Shown in pieces: positions 1-9,921 of a stretch of DNA of 64,000 nucleotides. How positions within the stretch are numbered: position 1 is the stretch's first letter; every line of letters begins with the position of its first letter. The notes beneath the pieces were generated by a model. The model did no database searches, had not been told where the DNA came from, and saw only the letters and a program-made list of their open reading frames with translations. A program made the position numbers and the translations under genes. The DNA comes from Christensenellaceae bacterium. Lineage in GTDB: Bacteria > Bacillota > Clostridia > Christensenellales > Christensenellaceae. The stretch spans positions 1,700,154 through 1,764,153 of the forward strand of contig OY762275.1 of NCBI GenBank assembly GCA_963665505.1, given 5' to 3'.

Positions 1-290
1 GCCCGCTGGTCATACTGGCCGGGCAGGTATTCAAGGCCGAAAACCTGCTCCCCTTCTTTTACAGGCAGTTCTTCCAAATAGACGGTGTCTACGGCAGGTT
101 CTGAGAATACGATATTAACAGCGGCCTGGAAATCCTGCGCATCCAGTCCTTCCACATCGTAACGGAGAACGATGCGCACACCTTCCAGCTCGGTCAAAGA
201 AAGGTTTTCCCTAAAATCCGCCAACATATGTTTTGCTTCCACATCAAAACCCGACTTTTTTTCCACAAAGATTCTTTTTACCAATTCCAT
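1..290 (-). CDS. purL: Phosphoribosylformylglycinamidine synthase, 5' part (runs off the window)
   Basis: Manual translation MELVKRIFVEKKSGFDVEAKHMLADF...GLEYLPGQYDQRA matches the N-terminus of clostridial single-chain PurL; AGGAG RBS upstream; absent from the ORF track. Confidence 0.85.
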   Translation of the reverse strand, partial: MELVKRIFVEKKSGFDVEAKHMLADFRENLSLTELEGVRIVLRYDVEGLDAQDFQAAVNIVFSEPAVDTVYLEELPVKEGEQVFGLEYLPGQYDQR

Positions 291-430
291 ACTTTTTTCT
301 CCTAAGCATGTACAAATCTCTATCGGACCATCTCCCGATCCAAAAACTATTAAAGGAGGCGGAAGCGTTTCCCGCCCGCACATTTTGTTGCTGCCGTTTC
401 AAACAGCCGCCCTGCCGTTATAAAGAAAAA

Positions 431-484
431 CCGGCCTTTTTACAAAGGATAGCATGCAAGCTATCACAACCTAAAAAAGGCCGG
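431..484 (-). terminator. Hairpin after aspartokinase, probable intrinsic terminator
   Basis: CCGGCCTTTT...AAAAGGCCGG arms with an inner GATAGC/GCTATC stem; T run follows on the minus strand. Confidence 0.55.
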
Positions 485-509
485 TGTGAAATACAAGCGT
501 TGGTCGCCA

Positions 510-1835
510 TTATGGCCTTCCCGTGCCTGCAAAGGCGTTGTGGATGGCGATGATCGCCTTTTCAAAATCCTTATTGGCAACGCCGACGATGATATTCATT
601 TCACTGGAACCCTGGTCTATCATACGTATGTTCACCCCTGCGTTTGCCAATGCGGTAAAAAGTGTGGCCGCGCAGCCGATCGTCTGGATCATATGGCGGC
701 CTACCGTTGCGATCAATGCAATGTCGCGGACAACTTCCACGCTGTCCGGCTCACACATTCTATGGATATCATCCACAATATCTTTAATATTGTCCTTGAT
801 TTTGGCATCTTCCAGCACCACGCATAGGCTGTCGATACTGGAAGGCATATGCTCAAACGGAACGCTGTATTTTTCGACACACGCCAACACACGCCGCCCA
901 AACCCAAGCTCGGCGTTCATCCCGTTTTTCTCAATGGAAATGATCGTGAAGTTTTTCCGGCCGGCTATGCCGGTAACGGTGGAGCCATTATTCGCCTCGA
1001 CCGTCGGCAATATCATTGTGCCCGGATTATCCGGTTCGTTCGTATTGCGGACATTGATCGGGATCGCGGATTTGTAAACCGGGAAAATAGAGTCCTCATG
1101 CAGGACGGAAGCGCCCATATAACTCAATTCGCGCAATTCTTTGTACGTGACCAAATCTACCTTCTTGGCATTTCTCACAATCCGCGGGTCCGCCATGAAA
1201 AAGCCGGAAACGTCCGTCCAGTTTTCATAAAGATCAGCGCGCGCCGCCGCCGCCACAATCGCGCCCGTTATATCGGAACCACCCCGCGAAAATGTTTTGA
1301 TGCTGCCGTCCGGCATGCTGCCGTAAAACCCGGGGATAACGGCATGCGAAACCTTTTTCAGCCGTTCTCCCAAGACTTTTTCCGTATTGGCCTCGTCATA
1401 TTTCCCGCGTTTGTCAAAGAGAATGACATCCGCCGCATCAATGAATTCATAGCCCAGCACGTCCGCCATAATAAGACCGTTCAGATATTCTCCGCGGCTG
1501 GCCGCATAATCGGCGCCGGCGCCGGCCAATATGTTGGAACGTATCTCCTTCAGGTATTCTTCTATGCGCAGCTGCAGCCCGCAGCCGTTACAAATACCTA
1601 CATACCGATCGTATATTTTTTGATAAATCTCCGTATAATCCTGCTTGCCCTGCACGGCATCCTGCAGCGCATATAACAGATCCGTGATTTTTTCCGTATA
1701 AAATTTGGATTTCCCCGGTGCCGAAGGCACAATATATCTTCTTGCGGGGTCGGCTTCCACAATTTTTTTCACTTTTAAAACCTGGCAGGAACCCGCAAGT
1801 GAACTTCCGCCAAATTTCGCAACAGTCAACGACAT
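510..1835 (-). CDS. lysC: Aspartate kinase
   Basis: VAKFGGSSLA N-terminus, FSRGGSDITG, WTDVSG, ADPRIV motifs and C-terminal ACT domains. Confidence 0.9.
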   Translation of the reverse strand: MSLTVAKFGGSSLAGSCQVLKVKKIVEADPARRYIVPSAPGKSKFYTEKITDLLYALQDAVQGKQDYTEIYQKIYDRYVGICNGCGLQLRIEEYLKEIRSNILAGAGADYAASRGEYLNGLIMADVLGYEFIDAADVILFDKRGKYDEANTEKVLGERLKKVSHAVIPGFYGSMPDGSIKTFSRGGSDITGAIVAAAARADLYENWTDVSGFFMADPRIVRNAKKVDLVTYKELRELSYMGASVLHEDSIFPVYKSAIPINVRNTNEPDNPGTMILPTVEANNGSTVTGIAGRKNFTIISIEKNGMNAELGFGRRVLACVEKYSVPFEHMPSSIDSLCVVLEDAKIKDNIKDIVDDIHRMCEPDSVEVVRDIALIATVGRHMIQTIGCAATLFTALANAGVNIRMIDQGSSEMNIIVGVANKDFEKAIIAIHNAFAGTGRP

Positions 1836-1877
1836 CCTAAACTCCTTCTATTCGAACAAAACAAACTTTTTAAAGCG

Positions 1878-3338
1878 TTACAGCGAAGGGCCTTCTTTTT
1901 TATCCGCTTCTTCTTTATCCGCTTCCTCTGATTCAATCCGCAAGTCCTGTAAAGGCTGCGGAGTTCGAGCAGAAGTGTTGTCGGCCACGATCATGGGCGG
2001 TTCCTGTACGTCCGCGCTTAAAGGCTCCGGTTCTTCCATAATTTCTTCTTTTGCTAGAAGCCTGCATTCGATATAGTAACGTTTCTCATTCGATTCTCCT
2101 AAGGAGAAACATTTTTTCGGGAAAACACCGTATTCCGATAATTCAGAGAAAAAGGTTTCTTTCTGTAAACCAGGCATAGAAAAACCCAGTGTGTCGTAAT
2201 TATGTGTGATCCGTTCAAATTCCTCATTCCCGTGGATATAGTCCAGCATGCAGACGGGATATTCCTTTACAAAACTTTCCAGCACAGGCTGCAACTGCTC
2301 CACCAACATGGCCGACGTGGGCGAGTTGATTTCGATCCGCCCCGAGCTTTCTTTACTCGTGAAGAATACGACTTGCGGCGCATCCGTCATCTGCGTAGAA
2401 GGTTTTCTGCGCGAAAACACCAAACGGGCATCCGCGCTCATTGAATTCAACCGGTCTACGACGTACTGTATGCACATAGAGGGGTTCATCCCTGAGATGA
2501 CCCTGTGGATCGGCTTCAAAAACAGTGCCGGATCGTGCAGGTTGATCAGTTCGCAAAGCGCATACCGGAGCGGGCTGTCTTCCCTTTCTTCCGGGCTGAG
2601 CGAATGTTTGGCCTCTTCCCATACGGTTTTGGCCGTTTGCAGGGAATGGTTCCCATCTCCCACACAGAAACGCATACCGTCGGATACTTTCAGGAGGGAA
2701 AGCTGGCGCACAGCCTCCGCTTCCGCATCTTTATCATCCACAAGATACCCGGCCACTCTGCCGCCTTGCAGCATAAGGTCGAAATCGTACAGTTTTGCAA
2801 ACGTGTCGCGTTTGCGCCACAATGGGTCGATCACTTTGAAATGCGGGTCGTCCATCAGCAGCAGGATATGCGGCATTTCCAGTTCGGCCCCCATACGGAT
2901 GTCGATGCGCGGAAGCACACGGTTCTGCAAAATTTCCTCACTGGCACGTACGAGAGACTTTCTGGCAGGATTCTGGTCATACTCTTCCAGATCCACCATG
3001 ACCATCAACCCTTTGCGTACTGCCCGGCCTATGGTACGCTCCACCAATACAAATCCTTTAGGCAATAGGGTAAGGATTCCCTCGTCAATATAGGTACCCA
3101 TAATACTTTTTGCCCGACGTATTCTTTCTTCCTTATCGGGAGAATCCAAATAGATTTCGGGCAACATGATATGTAAGGTAGAGGGATTTCCGCCAACGAT
3201 TCTTTCCACTTCGTCCCAATACGCTCTGTTTGAGGTAAACTGATCACAGGCGATCACCGCCCATTTACGCATATTTACTCTTTTGTCAGGCAGCATTATT
3301 TCCGGTATTTCTATTCCAATGCCTAATTTGTTATCCAT
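1878..3338 (-). CDS. DUF1015 family protein with acidic C-terminal tail
   Basis: WAVIACDQFTS, LELPH-like LEMPHILLL, VGDGNHSLQTAK, PIHRV motifs; start moved to MDNKLG behind a GGAAGG RBS. Confidence 0.8.
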   Translation of the reverse strand: MDNKLGIGIEIPEIMLPDKRVNMRKWAVIACDQFTSNRAYWDEVERIVGGNPSTLHIMLPEIYLDSPDKEERIRRAKSIMGTYIDEGILTLLPKGFVLVERTIGRAVRKGLMVMVDLEEYDQNPARKSLVRASEEILQNRVLPRIDIRMGAELEMPHILLLMDDPHFKVIDPLWRKRDTFAKLYDFDLMLQGGRVAGYLVDDKDAEAEAVRQLSLLKVSDGMRFCVGDGNHSLQTAKTVWEEAKHSLSPEEREDSPLRYALCELINLHDPALFLKPIHRVISGMNPSMCIQYVVDRLNSMSADARLVFSRRKPSTQMTDAPQVVFFTSKESSGRIEINSPTSAMLVEQLQPVLESFVKEYPVCMLDYIHGNEEFERITHNYDTLGFSMPGLQKETFFSELSEYGVFPKKCFSLGESNEKRYYIECRLLAKEEIMEEPEPLSADVQEPPMIVADNTSARTPQPLQDLRIESEEADKEEADKKEGPSL

Positions 3339-3492
3339 TCCACACCTTCCCATGCGCGGTTCCCAAAGCTTCCCGTCGCACGTATCTCTTCTATATTAGA
3401 TATTCTTACAATAAATCATGAATATGATTGCCGCATTATATAAATAATAAATCGGTCAGCCCAATCCCGCTCGGCATGACCACGCCAGCTAC

Positions 3493-3521
3493 ACTATACC
3501 ATATAAAAAGATTGTCTTCAA
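3493..3521 (-). promoter_or_regulatory. SigA-type promoter for the DUF1015-lysC unit
   Basis: TTGAAG-17 nt-TATAGT on the minus strand. Confidence 0.55.
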
Positions 3522-3638
3522 CATTTTTTCTGTAGTTTCCAACGCGGCGACAGGACGAGCGGGCAGAGGTCTTTTGAAAGATCCCGTATCCCCTTTTTCC
3601 CTCCGCATCCCCTTCCTTCGCGTATTGCCGCTTCCCGG

Positions 3639-3667
3639 TTGACAAAGACTTTGCCTTACTATATTAT
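3639..3667 (+). promoter_or_regulatory. SigA-type promoter of leuS
   Basis: TTGACA-17 nt-TATTAT about 110 nt before the start codon. Confidence 0.65.
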
Positions 3668-3777
3668 TCTATTTGTATAAAAAGTGCAATTCTTTATTTC
3701 TTGCCGTATAAAACGTAAATTTGCCCGTTTGTTTTCCCTTCACAAAAGCAGACGGATAAAAGGAGTACGATAAAAAC

Positions 3778-6204
3778 ATGAATCTTCCTGAGATTGAGAA
3801 GAAATGGCAAAAAATATGGGCCGATACCGACCTTTATAAATTCCAAAAAAACAGTAAAAAGCCAAAAAAATACGTACTGGAAATGTTTTCTTATCCTTCG
3901 GGGGCAAAACTGCATACGGGACATTGGTATAATTACGGCTTGGCGGATATTTACGCGCGTTATCTACGGATGTGCGGGTATAACGTGTTTCATCCGATGG
4001 GTTTTGACGCGTTTGGCCTTCCGGCCGAAAACTACGCGATCAGAACGGGGGTTCACCCAAAAGATTCCACACTTTCCAATATTGCAACGATGGAAAAACA
4101 GCTGCGTGCGATCGGCGCGTCTTTTGATTGGGAGTATGAAGTAAAGACCTGCATGCCCGACTATTACAAATGGACGCAATGGTGTTTTCTGCAGTTATTC
4201 AAACATGGCCTGGCATATAAAAGTGCGGCGCCGGTGAACTGGTGCCCACACTGCAATACCGTGCTGGCCAACGAACAGGTCATCGAAGGCGCCTGCGAAC
4301 GCTGCCACACACCCGTCATACACAAACATTTGACGCAGTGGTTCTTCAAAATAACCGAGTATGCGGAAGAACTCCTGGAAGACCTTAAAAATATCGACTG
4401 GCCGGAAAAAACCAAACTCATGCAGACCAACTGGATAGGAAAATCCGTGGGCGGCGAAGTCATTTTCGAGATCGCGGGCGGCGGTGAGTTCTCCGTGTTC
4501 ACGACCCGGGCGGACACGCTTTTTGGCTGCACCTATGTGGTCATCTCCCCGGAGCATCCATTGGTGGATTCTCTGGTCACGCCCGAAAATAAAGCCGCGG
4601 TAGACGCATACAAAGAATATGCGGCCCGTGGGACCGAAATTGAACGTCTCTCCACGACGCGGGAAAAAACGGGCGTATGCACCGGTTCTTATGCCGTTAA
4701 TCCGATCAACGGGCGCAAGATCCCCATCTGGGTCGCGGACTATGTGCTGGCCAGTTATGGGACAGGCATCGTCATGGCCGTGCCCGCACACGATGAACGG
4801 GACTTTGCGTTCGCCACCAAACACGGCCTGCCCATCGAGCGCGTCATCAAAAAGAAAGAGGAGTCCGAGGACGATTCTCTTCCCTATATGGGCTATGGCA
4901 TATTGGTAAATAGCGGAGATTTTTCCGGATTGCCGGTAGAAGAAGGCAAAAAGGCCGTTCTGGAACACCTGAAGGCGCACGGCAAAGGCGATTTTAAAGT
5001 CAATTACCGCTTGCGGGATTGGCTTATTTCCCGGCAGCGTTATTGGGGCGCGCCTATCCCGATCATCAACTGCCCACATTGCGGCATCGTACCCGTACCC
5101 GAAGAAGACTTGCCTGTCAAGCTCCCTTATGACGTGGATTTTACGCCGGACGGCACATCGCCCCTGGCAAAACATGCGGGGTTCATGCATGTCAAGTGCC
5201 CCCAGTGCGGCGAAGACGCCTTGCGCGACCCCGATACGATGGATACGTTCGTATGTTCGTCCTGGTACTTCTTGCGGTATCCGGACAACAAGAACGATAA
5301 AATGGCATGGGACCCCGCTATCATCAATAAAATGCTGCCCGTAGACAAGTACATAGGCGGCGCGGAACATGCATGCCTGCATCTTCTCTACTCCCGCTTC
5401 TTTACCAAGGCATTCCGGGATATGGGGTATCTTCGTTTCGACGAACCCTTCCTTTCGCTCGTGCACCAGGGCACCATACTCGGGCCCGACGGCGAAAAGA
5501 TGAGCAAATCGCGCGGGAACGTCATTTCCCCGGACGAATATGTGAGCAAATTAGGTGCGGATGTGCTCCGGATGTATCTTGGCTTTGGTTTCTCCTATAT
5601 CGAGGGCGGCCCCTGGAACGATAGCGGCATAAAAGCTATTTCCAAATATCTGGACCGCGTCGAACGCCTGATCCGCCGCGTACTGGATGCGCCGGAAAGC
5701 GTGCAGGAGAATGGACAGGAAAAAGAAGTGCGGTATATCCTGCACAATACCATCAAATCCGTCCGGCAGGATATTGAGAACTTCTCCTTCAATACGGCGA
5801 TCGCCCGCATGATGGAACTTACAAATGCGCTGTATCGGTATACCACCGATTCTTTCAACCGTCCCTTCGCAATGGACATTCTGAACAAATTCATGCGGCT
5901 GATGGCGCCGTTCGCGCCGCATTTCGCCGAAGAGGCCTGGCAGCAAATGGGCGAGCCATACAGCATATTCAATTCGCATTTCCCGACTTACGACGAGGAA
6001 CTGCTGGTAAAAGATGAGATCACCTATCCGTTGCAGGTCAACGGGAAAGTGAAAGCCCGTTTCAAAATGCCGGCAGACGCATCCAAACAGGAAATCGAAG
6101 CCTATGTCAAGAAACAGTATGCTTCGTATTTTGAAAATGGGCAGTCTGTCAAATGTATCATAGTCCCGGCCAGGATCGTCAACCTTGTCGTAAAGTCCAA
6201 TTGA
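3778..6204 (+). CDS. leuS: Leucine--tRNA ligase
   Basis: MFSYPSG, HTGH (HIGH-like), GWDAFG-like GFDAFG, KMSKS; 808 aa. Confidence 0.97.
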   Translation: MNLPEIEKKWQKIWADTDLYKFQKNSKKPKKYVLEMFSYPSGAKLHTGHWYNYGLADIYARYLRMCGYNVFHPMGFDAFGLPAENYAIRTGVHPKDSTLSNIATMEKQLRAIGASFDWEYEVKTCMPDYYKWTQWCFLQLFKHGLAYKSAAPVNWCPHCNTVLANEQVIEGACERCHTPVIHKHLTQWFFKITEYAEELLEDLKNIDWPEKTKLMQTNWIGKSVGGEVIFEIAGGGEFSVFTTRADTLFGCTYVVISPEHPLVDSLVTPENKAAVDAYKEYAARGTEIERLSTTREKTGVCTGSYAVNPINGRKIPIWVADYVLASYGTGIVMAVPAHDERDFAFATKHGLPIERVIKKKEESEDDSLPYMGYGILVNSGDFSGLPVEEGKKAVLEHLKAHGKGDFKVNYRLRDWLISRQRYWGAPIPIINCPHCGIVPVPEEDLPVKLPYDVDFTPDGTSPLAKHAGFMHVKCPQCGEDALRDPDTMDTFVCSSWYFLRYPDNKNDKMAWDPAIINKMLPVDKYIGGAEHACLHLLYSRFFTKAFRDMGYLRFDEPFLSLVHQGTILGPDGEKMSKSRGNVISPDEYVSKLGADVLRMYLGFGFSYIEGGPWNDSGIKAISKYLDRVERLIRRVLDAPESVQENGQEKEVRYILHNTIKSVRQDIENFSFNTAIARMMELTNALYRYTTDSFNRPFAMDILNKFMRLMAPFAPHFAEEAWQQMGEPYSIFNSHFPTYDEELLVKDEITYPLQVNGKVKARFKMPADASKQEIEAYVKKQYASYFENGQSVKCIIVPARIVNLVVKSN

Positions 6205-6240
6205 TTTCTGCAGGCTCCCTCCATATATCTATAAAAAGAA

Positions 6241-6277
6241 AAGCCGGCCGTGGCATGCATAAGACCACGGCCGGCTT
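6241..6277. terminator. Bidirectional intrinsic terminator
   Basis: 13-bp perfect arms AAGCCGGCCGTGG/CCACGGCCGGCTT between convergent genes. Confidence 0.8.
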
Positions 6278-6308
6278 TTTATCCGCGGAAAGAACCGCAT
6301 GTTTGATT

Positions 6309-7268
6309 TTACCCGAAAAGCGCTTGGGAGACCACGGAAAGAAGCGGGATGACAAGAAAACTGCACAAAGTCGTAAGCGCCATAGTTTTGGAGGCAAAAT
6401 CGCTGTCGGATCCATAGGCGGCTGAGATAATGGCCGTACTCGACATAACGGGCATCGCCGCTTGTGCGATAAAGACTCTGTTCATCTCAAACGGGGTCCC
6501 CAACAGTGTCACGATCCCAAAAGTGATCGCGGGCACAAAGAGAAAACGTGCGAGCAATATGCCCCAGCTGTCTTTTTCGATGCGGAGGTTTTTCAGGCCG
6601 ATTTTCTGCATCACTTGCCCGATAAAAATCAGCGAAAGCGGTGTGCATAGATTTCCGAAATACTTCGCCGTTTTCATGAAAAACAAGGGCAGTTGCATAT
6701 CCAGCATGACTAACAGCATGGAGAGGAGTAACGCGATCAGCCCGGGAGAAAGGATCTTTTTCAGGATACTCAGCAAAGATATCTTCGCGTGTTCTGCCGA
6801 TCCGTCCTTATCCAGTTTGTCTTTCTGCATAAAATAAGCGCCCAGCGTCCAGAAGAGCAGCGTATGCCCCATATCGTACAGCAAAACGTACGGGGCCGCG
6901 GCATCGCCGAACAGAGCCAGATTGACCGGCAGCCCGATGAATATCGTGTTGGAGCACGCACACATGACAGCAAATACGCCCCGTCTGCCCTTTCGCACTT
7001 TCAGAAGCTTGGCCGCACTCGCAGCAAGGAAAAAAGAGAGCCCCACGATCAGGAAAGGTACCAGCAGGCCTATCCCCGCGCTGCGCAGCATTTCTTGGCT
7101 AAAATTATTTAGCATATTATCAAACGCAGTTGCCGGCACTCCTACCCACACGACCAGCTTCGAAATAAAATCCGCCACCTTTTGATTAATGTATCCTTTG
7201 GCGGAAAACCCATACCCAACCAGCATCATAATCAGCAAGGTCAAAACGATCTGAAACGCATCCAACAT
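6309..7268 (-). CDS. AEC (auxin efflux carrier/malate permease) family transporter, paralog 1
   Basis: About 10 TM helices, SNTIFIGLPV and QAAMP motifs. Confidence 0.85.
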   Translation of the reverse strand: MLDAFQIVLTLLIMMLVGYGFSAKGYINQKVADFISKLVVWVGVPATAFDNMLNNFSQEMLRSAGIGLLVPFLIVGLSFFLAASAAKLLKVRKGRRGVFAVMCACSNTIFIGLPVNLALFGDAAAPYVLLYDMGHTLLFWTLGAYFMQKDKLDKDGSAEHAKISLLSILKKILSPGLIALLLSMLLVMLDMQLPLFFMKTAKYFGNLCTPLSLIFIGQVMQKIGLKNLRIEKDSWGILLARFLFVPAITFGIVTLLGTPFEMNRVFIAQAAMPVMSSTAIISAAYGSDSDFASKTMALTTLCSFLVIPLLSVVSQALFG

Positions 7269-7322
7269 TTTCTTTCGTAATCCTTTCAAAATAATTGCAA
7301 GGTCTCATACAACTCTCTATCT

Positions 7323-8276
7323 TTAAAAAACGTACTGTAATAACAGCATCAACAACGGCAGCAGGGCAATATTCAAAAGTGTCGAAAGCGCCATGCCCTC
7401 CGCGGCAAAGGTGCTGTCCGACCCGTATGCTTTCGCAAGGATAGGTGCGTTCGCCATGATGGGCATGGCCGCCTGCGTGACCAACACCCGGCTCATCTCT
7501 GCGGGAGAACCGACCAGCTTTGTGATGAAAAACACCAATAAGGGCGCTACCAGCACTTTGCCCAGCAGCACGCCCAATGTATCTTTTTGAAAACGGAGAT
7601 TTTTCAGGCCGATCCGCTGGATCATGTGCCCGATAAAAATAAGCGCAAGCGGTGTACATACGCTGCCCAGATATTTGAAGGTTTTTGTCATAAATAACGG
7701 CAATTTTACATCCAGCATGATAAGAATGAGAGAAAGCACAAAACTCACCAACCCGGGGGAAAAGATCTTTTTCAGCGTACCGACGGAGAATATCTTGGTA
7801 TGCGATACGCCCGATAGGGCTTCGCTGTCCCGCTGCATGATGTAAATGCCCAGCGTCCAAGCCACAAACGTATTGCTCATGTAATAAAACAACGCATAGG
7901 GCGTGGCCTCTTCCCCGAACAAGGCCTGGCAAACCGGAAGACCGATGAAGATCGTGTTGGAGAGCGAAAACATCAGGCAAAATATGCCCCGCCTGCCTCG
8001 TTTGACTTTTAACAGGCGGCTGACCAAAAATCCCACGGCAAAGGAGAGAAGCATGCCCAGGAAAGGCACCAGGATCCCGATGCCCGCGCTTTTGATCATT
8101 CCCCTATCAAAATACGAGAGCATATTGCTCAAAGCCGCAGATGGTACACCGATCCATAAAACCAGACGCGAAAGAAAAGTAGCGACATCCTCATTGAGCC
8201 GTTTCTTTTTGGAGAAGAAATAGCCGACGGACATCATGATCAGAAGTGCAAGAACAATCTGCGCGGCGTTTAACAT
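7323..8276 (-). CDS. AEC family transporter, paralog 2
   Basis: SNTIFIGLPV and QAAMP motifs; tandem with paralog 1. Confidence 0.85.
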   Translation of the reverse strand: MLNAAQIVLALLIMMSVGYFFSKKKRLNEDVATFLSRLVLWIGVPSAALSNMLSYFDRGMIKSAGIGILVPFLGMLLSFAVGFLVSRLLKVKRGRRGIFCLMFSLSNTIFIGLPVCQALFGEEATPYALFYYMSNTFVAWTLGIYIMQRDSEALSGVSHTKIFSVGTLKKIFSPGLVSFVLSLILIMLDVKLPLFMTKTFKYLGSVCTPLALIFIGHMIQRIGLKNLRFQKDTLGVLLGKVLVAPLLVFFITKLVGSPAEMSRVLVTQAAMPIMANAPILAKAYGSDSTFAAEGMALSTLLNIALLPLLMLLLQYVF

Positions 8277-8453
8277 TATTTCCCCTTAAAGTGAAAAAAT
8301 CCCGGGTCAAAATTTCCCCTATTAAAAAAAAGTATACCATGAGAAAAATAAATTTAAAAACATTTTTTCAAAATCCGATGGGAAAAATTTTGTATCATAA
8401 AAAAAAACTCGCTGCGCATCATAATACTAAGATCATGCAGGAGAGGAATACGT

Positions 8454-8651
8454 ATGCGCAATCAAGTAATCAAATGCCTTATCGAAACTTGTGTATATAA
8501 TTCGCCGGATCATTACTGCACGTTGAATTGTATTATGGTCGCTCCCTGCGCCCCTAAAGACAGCGACAGCGTGATGTACCGCAGCGACAGCATGTGTTCA
8601 AATTTCAAAAAGAAAGAAGGAATTTATTTTGATCGACAAAATCTATTGTGA
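8454..8651 (+). CDS. DUF1540-like small Cys-rich protein
   Basis: IKCLIETCVYN...C...C pattern; GGAGAGG RBS. Confidence 0.7.
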   Translation: MRNQVIKCLIETCVYNSPDHYCTLNCIMVAPCAPKDSDSVMYRSDSMCSNFKKKEGIYFDRQNLL

Positions 8652-9012
8652 ATCCACCGGCTGCGTACATAATAATGCCGGCACCTGCGAAAGCGGCGTG
8701 ATCAACGTGAAAACACACGTGGACCATGCCTATAGCGCAGCTTATTGCGATTCATTCGCAACAAAAAATTCTTTACGGGATATCCTGAGCAAAAGCATGC
8801 CTTTTTCCGGCGATAACGCCGAAATGACGGCGCGCAACATGGGTCTGAGTGAAGTAAACACAAAAATGCCAAGCGACTATATCGGATGCGACGCGATGGG
8901 ATGCATCCATAATGCAAGCGGCATGTGCTGTGCATACAGCGTGCATATCGACAAACCGTTTTCAGATGGATCGTTGTCTTTTTGCAAGACCTATGAACAA
9001 AAGCCGGAATAA
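8629..9012 (+). CDS. DUF1540-like protein with two Cys-rich repeats
   Basis: IYCESTGCVHN...C and IGCDAMGCIHN...C repeats; TTG start overlapping the upstream gene. Confidence 0.7.
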   Translation: MIDKIYCESTGCVHNNAGTCESGVINVKTHVDHAYSAAYCDSFATKNSLRDILSKSMPFSGDNAEMTARNMGLSEVNTKMPSDYIGCDAMGCIHNASGMCCAYSVHIDKPFSDGSLSFCKTYEQKPE

Positions 9013-9024
9013 AAAATCCGGCTT
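9001..9024. terminator. Terminator hairpin between convergent genes
   Basis: AAGCCGGA/TCCGGCTT arms. Confidence 0.6.
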
Positions 9025-9039
9025 TTGTCCATCCTCCCT

Positions 9040-9852
9040 TTAATCTTCTTTGAAATTCCGCATATAATATTGGAACGCGGCAAACGCGATGCCCGGTTCC
9101 TCCAGACTCATATCCCAGCGTTTTACCCATTCCAGCGAGTAATAGCCCTGATACCCGTTGCGCATCAACAGGGGGATCGCTTGTCTGATGGGCAGGTCTC
9201 CATACCCGATGATGCGGTACAGTATCTCGCCGTTATGCATGACGGAATCTTTCAGATGCACATGGCGCAGCAAATGGCCGATATTCGCATACGTTTGTTC
9301 CAGCGGTTCGGAAAAAATCCGCCACGTATGGTTAATATCCCACAATACGCCCACATTGGGTTTGTTTGTATGTTCGATCACGTTGCGTAACCGGGAACTA
9401 TCGGCATAGACACCGTTTGTTTCCAGCAGAATATCGACTCCTTTTTCCGCCGCATAGGCGGCGATCTGGGCCGTATGGTCCGCTACTATGCCATCATCCA
9501 CCGGCGTCGTCGGCCGTACCGTAATATCTCCCAACAAACGCACATATTTCGCACCGATCAGCGCCGCGGTATCCACATACCGGGCCGCCATCTCAAAAGT
9601 CTCTTTCCAACGCCCGGGGAGGTTCACATAACAGGCGGAAGCCAAAACAGGAATCTCCAGGCCGAGCTCTTTCAGCCTTTTTTTTGTTTCCTCGATGTTG
9701 TTCTTGGAAAATTCGCGGATATCCGGCGCATCCATCACATGCAGCAGCCCGCGGACTTCTATCCCGTCATACCCAAGATCCTTTGCAAGAGAAAGTACTT
9801 CCCGAAAGCTAAGCTTGGGGCATCCCAGTGTAGAAAAACAAATCTTCATCAA
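9040..9852 (-). CDS. Sugar phosphate isomerase/epimerase (xylose isomerase-like TIM barrel)
   Basis: FSTLGCP, GYDGIEVRG, ETNG, WDINH, HVHLKDS, SLEW metal-binding pattern. Confidence 0.8.
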   Translation of the reverse strand: MMKICFSTLGCPKLSFREVLSLAKDLGYDGIEVRGLLHVMDAPDIREFSKNNIEETKKRLKELGLEIPVLASACYVNLPGRWKETFEMAARYVDTAALIGAKYVRLLGDITVRPTTPVDDGIVADHTAQIAAYAAEKGVDILLETNGVYADSSRLRNVIEHTNKPNVGVLWDINHTWRIFSEPLEQTYANIGHLLRHVHLKDSVMHNGEILYRIIGYGDLPIRQAIPLLMRNGYQGYYSLEWVKRWDMSLEEPGIAFAAFQYYMRNFKED

Positions 9853-9921
9853 TCGTGCACCCTTTTACCCTTCTTCAGCTTTTTTACTTCTTGGATCTTA
9901 CTCCTCACAGTATCTATTCTC

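Noticed and set aside
291-430. ZTP or purine riboswitch, or PurBox, upstream of purL
   Set aside because: Only small hairpins are present; none of the conserved ZTP or purine riboswitch words and no CGAA/TTCG pair were found
3436-3645. 69-aa ORF on the minus strand
   Set aside because: No RBS, no recognisable motif, and it overlaps two clear divergent promoters
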